A stretch of 32,000 nt of DNA, taken from the NCBI GenBank assembly GCA_003516025.1, contig CP023991.1:841374-873373 (forward strand), read 5' to 3'. Numbering within the stretch: the stretch's first letter is position 1; every line of letters starts with the position of its first letter. The notes below the pieces were generated by a model. That model was given only the letters and a program-made list of their open reading frames with translations. It did no database searches and was not told the DNA's origin. Positions 26,049 to 32,000 of this stretch are shown here, in pieces. The translations under genes were made by a program, and so were the position numbers. The stretch comes from Candidatus Saccharimonadota bacterium. GTDB taxonomy: Bacteria; Patescibacteriota; Saccharimonadia; Saccharimonadales; UBA4665.

Positions 26049-26612
26049 TTATACCCCTGTCGGCACCGACATTGGCTCGGGATTATCAATAAGTTCCAGA
26101 ATGTCATCGTGGATTTCACGGGGCGTGCGGCCGGCGTCAATTTCGTGCACCCGGATATGTTTTTCCCGGTAATGCTTAAGGATTGGCCGGGTGACGGCTT
26201 CATATTCCTTAAAGCGCTCGGCGACCGCTTCCGGGCTATCGTCCGGCCGGCCGCGGCTAGCCAGCCGCTTGACCACCACTTCTTCCGTGGCTACCAGGTT
26301 CACGACTGCCGTCAGTTCAAAGCGGCCCTTGTTAACCTGTTCCATCAACCAGTCAGCCTGGGCGACAGTGCGCGGAAAACCATCAAGTACAAATTCCTGA
26401 TGCGTGTCAATTAACTCGAAAACCTTGTCGATAACTCCAATAACCTCTTCGTCACTGAGCAGCTTGCCTTGCAGCATTTCCTGCCGGCGCTTACCGGTTA
26501 CCAGCACGCGCAGGATTTCACCAGTCGAGATCCAGGCGTAACCATGTTCGTCGGCCAGCATCCGGCCCTGCATACTTTTACCGGCACCGGCCACTCCCAT
26601 TAGCAGAATCAC
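26049..26612 (-). CDS. adk: Adenylate kinase (short form, no zinc lid)
   Basis: It has a P-loop (GVAGAGKS) and LDGFPRTVAQADWL, the NMP-binding region typical of Adk. The size is 187 aa. A GTG start overlaps the upstream stop (GTGA), implying translational coupling. Confidence 0.8.
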   Translation of the reverse strand: MILLMGVAGAGKSMQGRMLADEHGYAWISTGEILRVLVTGKRRQEMLQGKLLSDEEVIGVIDKVFELIDTHQEFVLDGFPRTVAQADWLMEQVNKGRFELTAVVNLVATEEVVVKRLASRGRPDDSPEAVAERFKEYEAVTRPILKHYREKHIRVHEIDAGRTPREIHDDILELIDNPEPMSVPTGV

Positions 26613-27073
26613 GCTTGTACCTCCGCGATCCTTTCGCGGACCAGTTTGGCAGTTAGCGCGCCGTCGGCTGAGCCGCCGGACCGCTGCTTAACGGCTGCAA
26701 TCGTCACGCCCATAGTTTCTTTACTGATCGGTCCGTTTTCGGCGGCAATTTTATCAAGGAGTTCATTAATTTCCGCTTCGCTGAGCTGCGCGGGCAAATA
26801 TTCCTCGATAATTTTCTTCTCGGACAGTTCGGCATCCGCTTTTTCCTGGCTACCGCCCGAAACATACAGGTCGGCACTTTCCTGGCGCTTTTTGGCTTCT
26901 TTTTGCAGCAGAGTTATAACTTGGTCGTCCGGTAAACCGGTTTCGCGGGCATTTTTAGCCACTTCCTCGTTTAGGATAACTGCTTTGATGCCACGCAGCA
27001 CTAAGGCGCGGCCTTTATCGCCACCCAGCAAGGCAGCTTTGAGGTCCTGGTCGATTTTTTCCTTAAAGTTCAT
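26609..27073 (-). CDS. GatB/YqeY-domain protein
   Basis: A 154-aa ORF, MNFKEKIDQDLKAALLGGDKGRALVLRGIKAVILNEEV...EEYLPAQLSEAEI, matching the YqeY pattern. An AGGAGG SD is present. The rpsU-yqeY adjacency is a commonly conserved arrangement. Confidence 0.8.
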   Translation of the reverse strand: MNFKEKIDQDLKAALLGGDKGRALVLRGIKAVILNEEVAKNARETGLPDDQVITLLQKEAKKRQESADLYVSGGSQEKADAELSEKKIIEEYLPAQLSEAEINELLDKIAAENGPISKETMGVTIAAVKQRSGGSADGALTAKLVRERIAEVQA

Positions 27074-27122
27074 GAATGTCGGCCTCCTATTACTTATAAA
27101 TTTTAACAGAACTGTACCGCAA

Positions 27123-27157
27123 TAAAAAAGCCCAGACGGGCGGTCCGGGCTTTTTAT
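27123..27157 (-). terminator. Rho-independent terminator downstream of rpsU
   Basis: The minus strand reads GCCCGGAC-CGCCC-GUCUGGGC (8 bp including one G-U pair), followed by UUUUUUAUU. Confidence 0.7.
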
Positions 27158-27170
27158 TGAGTGCCAAAAC

Positions 27171-27386
27171 TTAGCGCTGACCGAGCTTAATTTTCTTAAG
27201 CTTGATGCTCTTGCGCTCAGTGCGGATGATAGCCTTCAGGCGGCGTTCGCGCTTGCTGATAGGCTTCTCAAAATACTGGCCACCCTTAACTACGGCGATA
27301 GCGCCGGACTGCTGAACTTTGCGGTTGAAACGGCGAAGCAGGTTCTCTGCCGATTCCTTACCATCTTTACGTGTAACTTGTATCAT
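27171..27386 (-). CDS. rpsU: 30S ribosomal protein S21
   Basis: A 71-aa, highly basic ORF. LLRRFNRKVQQSGAI...KPISKRERR is typical of S21. Confidence 0.85.
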   Translation of the reverse strand: MIQVTRKDGKESAENLLRRFNRKVQQSGAIAVVKGGQYFEKPISKRERRLKAIIRTERKSIKLKKIKLGQR

Positions 27387-27549
27387 ATCCGTAGTATTTT
27401 ACCCTAACAGATACGACTTTGCAACACTACTGGGGGCAATCATGGGCGGATTTTTCAATTATTAACTTCTTATTAAGTGTTATGGGGATGATTTGCCATG
27501 CATAGGGTCTTTCTATATAAATGGAGACACAATTTAAGGAGTTTTTAAT

Positions 27550-28149
27550 ATGGCCGATAAAACTGATCAACCTAAGAAAAGTTGGTTCAAGCGTCATAAG
27601 ATTCTTACGGTAGTTTTGGGTATTGTAGTAGTCATCGTTTTAGTCAATATGGGGAGCGGATCTGATAAAAGTTCAAACACCGCGTCGAATGACTCCGCGC
27701 AGAACACGGCATCAAATGAAGCGCCCGCGGAGGAAGAGACATTAGCGAAAATCGGTGAACCTGCCCGTGATGGCAAGTTCGAATTTGTCGTAAAGGGTAT
27801 CGAATGCGGACAGGCCGCTGTCGGCAGTAATCAGTACTTGACCGCTACAGCTTCAGGACAATTTTGCTCATTAAACATGTCAGTACAGAACATCGGTGAC
27901 AAATCGCAAACCATGTTCGCTGACAACCAAAAACTGCTTAACGCGTCCGGACAGGAGTATTCATACGATAGTACTGCTACGATTTACGCGGCGCCAGATA
28001 GCAGCAAGTCGTCTTGGTATTCAGATATAAATCCAGGAGTCACCGTAGAAGGAACGATTGTCTTTGACATCCCTAAAGACCAAACACCGACGGTAGCCGA
28101 ACTGCACGACAGCATGGCGTCCAACGGCATAAACGTTTCTCTGCAGTAA
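27550..28149 (+). CDS. N-terminally anchored extracytoplasmic protein, DUF4352-like
   Basis: An AAGGAG SD lies upstream. There is one TM helix (ILTVVLGIVVVIVLV) and a low-complexity linker. These are followed by DGKFEFVVKGIE...FCSLNMSVQNIGDKSQTMF...INPGVTVEGTIVFDIPKD, the beta-sandwich pattern I associate with DUF4352. Confidence 0.65.
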   Translation: MADKTDQPKKSWFKRHKILTVVLGIVVVIVLVNMGSGSDKSSNTASNDSAQNTASNEAPAEEETLAKIGEPARDGKFEFVVKGIECGQAAVGSNQYLTATASGQFCSLNMSVQNIGDKSQTMFADNQKLLNASGQEYSYDSTATIYAAPDSSKSSWYSDINPGVTVEGTIVFDIPKDQTPTVAELHDSMASNGINVSLQ

Positions 28150-28170
28150 TATAACCCTTAGTGGTTACGG

Positions 28171-28587
28171 TTACATTGCCGGCAGTTTTTCGTTGGGCGT
28201 TTCAACCTTTTTGGAGAGCTTGAGCTTACCGCGCGGCCGGATAAATCCGCTTAGCAAGTGCAGCAATGCGAACCAGAAGACAATATTGGCGATCGCGCTG
28301 GCTAGACTGAAGTTAGGATTCTCAACTTTAGCTTCGGCGAAACCGGCATAATCCGGCGCCGACTCGTCACTATTATTCGGATTAAACTTTTCAACCTGGC
28401 GATATGATAAAGGATAGCCGTAATCGGTAACTTTAATGTCACCTTTCGGATTGGCGTCCGGCGCGCAGCCCGCAGAATAATGGCAGAAGGCCACGTTTTC
28501 AACCGAATGCCAGCGGATTATACCGAAACTTAATACGACTGACAGAAGCGTAATAACAGCGATCTTTTGGGCGGTAAATCTATTCAT
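28171..28587 (-). CDS. Hypothetical membrane protein (138 aa, 2 TM)
   Basis: The start is set at the ATG at 28587 (MNRFTAQKIAVITLLSVVLSFGII); the ORF-track start at 28611 is a TTG. A second hydrophobic helix lies near the C-terminus (IANIVFWFALLHLLSGF). No family was recognised. Confidence 0.55.
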   Translation of the reverse strand: MNRFTAQKIAVITLLSVVLSFGIIRWHSVENVAFCHYSAGCAPDANPKGDIKVTDYGYPLSYRQVEKFNPNNSDESAPDYAGFAEAKVENPNFSLASAIANIVFWFALLHLLSGFIRPRGKLKLSKKVETPNEKLPAM

Positions 28588-28655
28588 GCCGCTATTGTAC
28601 CGTCCTGGCAAACTTAGTTAAGTAATAAAACTAACAACACCCGTAGTAGCCCGTA

Positions 28656-28940
28656 TTACACCGTCTTTTTCTGGGTCGTACGTTGTGACTTCAACACGAT
28701 AGATTGAAGCTCTTTGAAAATCGGGAAACTTTTATTGGTGTAATAGATTTTCGTATTACCCTGCTTTTCACTGGTTAGAAAACCAACTTTTTCGAGACGT
28801 TTAAGTTCGCGCTGGATATTGCCGGCATCCTCTTTAATAAGTTTAGCCAGGCCACGAACATGCGTTTTGAAGTCGGGATATTTAGCATAAATCACAATGA
28901 TTTTACGCCGCACCCTGGATGTAATAAATACGTCTAACAT
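28656..28940 (-). CDS. Small winged-helix DNA-binding protein (ArsR-like wHTH)
   Basis: A 94-aa ORF. THVRGLAKLIKEDAGNIQRELKRLEKVGFLTSEKQGNTKIYY fits a helix-turn-helix plus beta-wing pattern. It probably forms an operon with the downstream membrane protein. Confidence 0.55.
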   Translation of the reverse strand: MLDVFITSRVRRKIIVIYAKYPDFKTHVRGLAKLIKEDAGNIQRELKRLEKVGFLTSEKQGNTKIYYTNKSFPIFKELQSIVLKSQRTTQKKTV

Positions 28941-29104
28941 AAGCCCCTAATACTGTCCTGTAGTTTGAATGACAACGTAAAGTATAGCCCAAACGGATAG
29001 CACAATCAACCGCTTTATAAGCGTGAGCGCTTAACCGAACAGTCACCAAAACTGATCGGATCCAAGCTTATGGAGCCCGCGCGTTATTTGCATGTTATTA
29101 GATT

Positions 29105-29134
29105 TGTACGTTGCAGCGTACAATAGAGCGTACA
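29105..29134 (+). promoter_or_regulatory. Candidate operator: three TGTACG/CGTACA half-sites abutting the antitoxin-like gene start
   Basis: tgtacg (29105-29110) and cgtaca (29117-29122) form an inverted repeat with a 6-nt spacer. A third cgtaca at 29129-29134 is part of the direct repeat agcgtaca x2. The sites end 1 nt before the ATG at 29136, and no clear SD is present. Confidence 0.4.
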
Positions 29135-29135
29135 T

Positions 29136-29351
29136 ATGCAAATAGCTACCATTTCGATATTCCGAAAGAACATCAAGCACTACATCGATACAGTCGACAA
29201 GGATCAGGAGCCGCTCATAATTACGCGTTCGGATAACGTGGCCGTCGTAGTTTTACCCTTAGCGCTATACAACACAGTTTCCTGGCTCGACGAAGAAAAC
29301 CAGCGTAAGCAGATCGTGCGAACCAGGCTCCATAGAGCACTCAAACAATAG
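29136..29351 (+). CDS. Phd/YefM-family antitoxin-like protein (71 aa), with no adjacent toxin gene
   Basis: MQIATISIFRKNIKHYIDTVDKDQEPLIITRSDNVAVVVLPLALY matches the Phd/YefM N-terminal pattern (sxxefRxnlxxxldxVxxxxepvxItrxgxxxaVvls). Confidence 0.65.
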   Translation: MQIATISIFRKNIKHYIDTVDKDQEPLIITRSDNVAVVVLPLALYNTVSWLDEENQRKQIVRTRLHRALKQ

Positions 29352-29371
29352 TACCGCTATAATAGGTGCTG

Positions 29372-31321
29372 ATGGCATATTATGAAGTACTCGTTGGAAG
29401 CGCCCAGTACCACGGCAATGAAGCGTTAACGTACGCGTCGGAAATACCGCTACGTGTAGGCCAGGTCGTAAGCGTGCCGCTGCAGCGCTTTTCCGCCCTT
29501 GGTGTCGTTACGGCCGTTGTTGGCAAGCCTGCCTTTAAGACCAAGAACATATCAGAAGTTCATGATTTGCCGCCCCTACCAGCCCACCTGCCGCGAATGG
29601 TCGAGTGGCTGCGCACCTACTACCCGGCCCCGCTTGGCATAACTACCGCCCAGATATTACCAGGCCAGTTATCCGTCAAGACCATCACCGAAACGCCCGG
29701 CGTAACCGCGCCGGTTGCCAGCACCACCAGCAATTTACCGGAGCTTACAACTGAACAAGCCGATGTTTTAGCACGAATTACCACACCGGATACTTATATA
29801 CTGCACGGCGACACCGGCACCGGTAAAACCCGCGTTTACGTGGAACTGGCCCTTAAAACTATTCACAGCGGCAACAGCGCCATTGTTCTGACGCCGGAAA
29901 TCAGTCTCACGTCACAGCTGGCGCGCAGCTTCCAGGACGTTTTTGGTGAGCGCGTTATGATCTTGCACTCCGGCCTGGCCCCAAAAGCCCGCCAGCAGGT
30001 ATGGTTGCGGATACTCAAGAGTACCGAACCATTAATCGTGCTTGGGCCGCGCTCCGCCTTGTTCGCGCCAATCCGCACTCCTATCGGTCTGATTGTGGTC
30101 GACGAGTCTCATGAACCGGCCTACAAGCAGGAACAGGCGCCGCACTACCACGCGGTCAGGGTCGCTTCGCAGCTGGCGCATTTGTATAAGGCGACTCTCA
30201 TTCTCGGCTCGGCTACACCCTCAATTAATGATTATTATGTAGCCGAGCGGCTCAAAAAACCGATTCTGCGCATGACCCATCCTGCTCGTGCCCGTCAGGA
30301 TTCAACCGTTACAACCGAGCTGGTGGATCTCAAAGACCGTGGCCAGTTCAGCCGCTCGTCGTATATTTCCGATGCGCTGATCGCCGCGGTTAAAAATAGT
30401 ATGTCCCGCGGCGAACAGAGCCTGCTGTATCTGAACCGGCGCGGAACGGCGCGGGTAATTCTGTGCAATAACTGCGGCTGGCAAGCAGTTTGCCCGCACT
30501 GTGACCTGCCACTGACTTACCACCATGACCTGCATGTATTACAGTGCCACACCTGCGGTTACCATGAGGCAGTCCGCACGTCGTGCCCGGAATGCGCTAA
30601 CACAGAGATCGTTTTCAAAGTCGTCGGCACCAAAGCGGTCGAAGAAGAAGTGAAGCGTTTGTTTCCGCAGGCCCGTGTAATGCGCTTTGACACCGACAAT
30701 AAAAAAGCCGAGCGCTTCGAGCAACACTACGAAGCGGTTCGGGCCGGTGAAATTGATATCCTCGTCGGCACGCAGTTACTGGCCAAGGGGCTCGACCTGC
30801 CGAAACTTACCACGCTGGGAGTGGTGATAGCCGACACATCGTTAACATTCCCCGACTATTCCGCGGAAGAACGGACCTACCAGTTACTCAACCAGGTGAT
30901 CGGCCGGGTGGGCCGCGGCCACTCCGACCAGGAAAAAATTATTGTCCAGTCGTACGATCCAACACGCCCGGTTATCACAGCCGCCTTAAGCAGCGACTGG
31001 GATACGTTTTACAAAACCGAAATATCCGAACGCCAGCTATTCAACTTCCCGCCGTTTGTCTACGTGCTCAAATTAACCTGCCGGCGAGCCTCCAGCAAGG
31101 CCGCCGAGAAGGCGTCTGAACAATTTTTGTATTCAATTAAAGACTTGCGTTTACCCCTGTTAACCGAAGGCCCTACACCAAGTTTTCATACAAAAATCGC
31201 CGGGAAGTACGAATGGCAGATCCTCGTTAAGACCAAACAGCGCCAAGCCCTTCTGGAAGTCGTCAAGGCACTGCCAAAATCGGGCTGGAGTTACGATATA
31301 GACCCGATCAATCTGTTATAA
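29372..31321 (+). CDS. priA: Primosomal protein N' (replication restart helicase PriA)
   Basis: It has Walker A (HGDTGTGKTRVY) and a DExH-like motif (VVDESHE). The PriA-specific cysteine-rich insertion is CNNCGWQAVCPHCDLPLTYH...CHTCGY...CPECAN. The start is set at the ATG at 29372 (the ORF track begins at a GTG at 29366). Confidence 0.9.
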   Translation: MAYYEVLVGSAQYHGNEALTYASEIPLRVGQVVSVPLQRFSALGVVTAVVGKPAFKTKNISEVHDLPPLPAHLPRMVEWLRTYYPAPLGITTAQILPGQLSVKTITETPGVTAPVASTTSNLPELTTEQADVLARITTPDTYILHGDTGTGKTRVYVELALKTIHSGNSAIVLTPEISLTSQLARSFQDVFGERVMILHSGLAPKARQQVWLRILKSTEPLIVLGPRSALFAPIRTPIGLIVVDESHEPAYKQEQAPHYHAVRVASQLAHLYKATLILGSATPSINDYYVAERLKKPILRMTHPARARQDSTVTTELVDLKDRGQFSRSSYISDALIAAVKNSMSRGEQSLLYLNRRGTARVILCNNCGWQAVCPHCDLPLTYHHDLHVLQCHTCGYHEAVRTSCPECANTEIVFKVVGTKAVEEEVKRLFPQARVMRFDTDNKKAERFEQHYEAVRAGEIDILVGTQLLAKGLDLPKLTTLGVVIADTSLTFPDYSAEERTYQLLNQVIGRVGRGHSDQEKIIVQSYDPTRPVITAALSSDWDTFYKTEISERQLFNFPPFVYVLKLTCRRASSKAAEKASEQFLYSIKDLRLPLLTEGPTPSFHTKIAGKYEWQILVKTKQRQALLEVVKALPKSGWSYDIDPINLL

Positions 31322-31331
31322 TAGTCACGAT

Positions 31332-31919
31332 ATGACAAAAGACGACATCATTACCCTGCCCAAACCGCGCTTGCGCGCGCGGTCACAAAAAGTAACCTTC
31401 GTAACACCGGAGATCGAAAAAGTTATCGCCGACATGGAAGCGGCCACCATCGACTGGGAAGCCAGTCGCAAGCATGAGGTGGGCGTCGCCCTGGCGGCAG
31501 TCCAGATCGATCAGTTGAAGCGCGTCGTGGTTATCCGTGACGACTTCAACGACAAGGATAATCATAATTTCACCGTTTTCATTAACCCGGAAATTACTAA
31601 GTACGAAGGCACAGTCGAAAAAGACTACGAAGGATGTCTCAGCGTGAAAAATGTCTACGGGCTGGTTCCCCGCCATACCAAGGTCCGTGTAAAGGCTATG
31701 GGGCTGGACGGTAAAGAATTCCGCGTTACCGCCGAGGGTTTTTTAGCCCGTATCTTCCAACACGAAATAGACCATACCAACGGCATCGTGTTCATTGACC
31801 ATATCCGCGACCAGGAAGACGCCTTTTTTACACTTACTGATAGCGGTGAGCTGGCTGCCAGCAATTACGCTGCCGAAATTAAAGATAACCCCGAACTATG
31901 GGAAAGTAGCGAAGACTAA
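31332..31919 (+). CDS. def: Peptide deformylase
   Basis: All three deformylase motifs are present: GVALAAVQI (GxGxAAxQ), EGCLS and QHEIDHTNG (HExxH). Confidence 0.9.
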   Translation: MTKDDIITLPKPRLRARSQKVTFVTPEIEKVIADMEAATIDWEASRKHEVGVALAAVQIDQLKRVVVIRDDFNDKDNHNFTVFINPEITKYEGTVEKDYEGCLSVKNVYGLVPRHTKVRVKAMGLDGKEFRVTAEGFLARIFQHEIDHTNGIVFIDHIRDQEDAFFTLTDSGELAASNYAAEIKDNPELWESSED

Positions 31920-32000
31920 ATGGACAGAAGCGACCGTCCGCGTATTGTCTTTTTTGGCAGCGGCCCGGTTGCCGCCCGTTCGCTGGAGCTTCTAAGCACG
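31920..32000 (+). CDS. fmt: Methionyl-tRNA formyltransferase, first 27 codons (runs off the right edge)
   Basis: The ATG at 31920 directly follows the def stop codon. The translation MDRSDRPRIVFFGSGPVAARSLELLST matches the Fmt N-terminal beta-strand/Gly pattern (RIVFFG.....A...L..L), and def-fmt is a conserved pair. The ORF-track entry 31795..31995 is in a different frame and is considered spurious. Confidence 0.65.
   Translation, partial: MDRSDRPRIVFFGSGPVAARSLELLST

Noticed and set aside
26042-26203. A 54-codon upstream extension of the map ORF.
   Set aside because: It overlaps the 3' end of adk in another frame and has no aminopeptidase similarity. The MAP homology begins at MMTQVKTEAEI (ATG at 26041).
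29058-29069. Adjacent BamHI and HindIII sites (ggatccaagctt), reminiscent of a cloning polylinker.
   Set aside because: This is a single 12-mer with no other vector-like sequence around it. The flanking DNA is ordinary intergenic sequence, so chance occurrence is the simplest explanation.
31795-31995. A 66-aa plus-strand ORF at the right edge.
   Set aside because: It overlaps the def 3' end in a different frame. The frame starting at the ATG at 31920 gives a canonical Fmt N-terminus instead.
1-32000. A search for CRISPR arrays, rRNA or tRNA genes, and transposase, integrase or IS termini.
   Set aside because: The window has no short direct-repeat/spacer arrays and no T-loop-like GGTTCGAAT-type motifs in intergenic regions. 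No ORF has recombinase signatures. The only tandem repeats are in-frame protein repeats.

Overview
The window is about 50% GC and looks like a compact, reduced bacterial genome. All calls rest on reading the ORF translations and the DNA by eye; no database search was possible. The gene content (giant surface proteins next to tightly packed housekeeping operons, class II RNR, type-2-like IleRS) suggests a CPR/Saccharibacteria-like epibiont, but that lineage call is inference only.

Layout, left to right:
- 1-57: truncated parA start.
- 0.2-12.6 kb: three consecutive minus-strand genes for very large anchored surface proteins. They are an 18-blade Kelch protein with a DUF1566-like C-terminus, an FG-GAP/VCBS propeller protein, and a triple-LamG protein. 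An extremely AT-rich 565-bp spacer carrying DnaA-box-like 9-mers interrupts this block.
- 12.7-16.7 kb: rplU, then ileS preceded by a T-box-like leader, then a small thioredoxin-fold-like gene.
- 16.9-18.5 kb: a compositionally foreign cassette with very high GC3. It has three plus-strand genes (two small polytopic membrane proteins and one 183-aa soluble protein) with no recognisable family.
- 18.6-27.4 kb: nrdJ, nrdR, ftsZ, ftsA, map, adk, yqeY-like and rpsU, all on the minus strand.
- 27.5-29.4 kb: a small accessory patch with a DUF4352-like gene, a membrane protein, a wHTH regulator and an orphan Phd/YefM-like antitoxin.
- 29.4-32.0 kb: priA, def and the start of fmt on the plus strand.

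No rRNA, tRNA, CRISPR array, transposase or integrase was seen. The most interesting candidate is the un-ameliorated high-GC three-gene cassette. Next are the surface-protein locus with near-identical intragenic repeats, the AT-rich DnaA-box region, and structured RNA leaders upstream of ileS and nrdJ.
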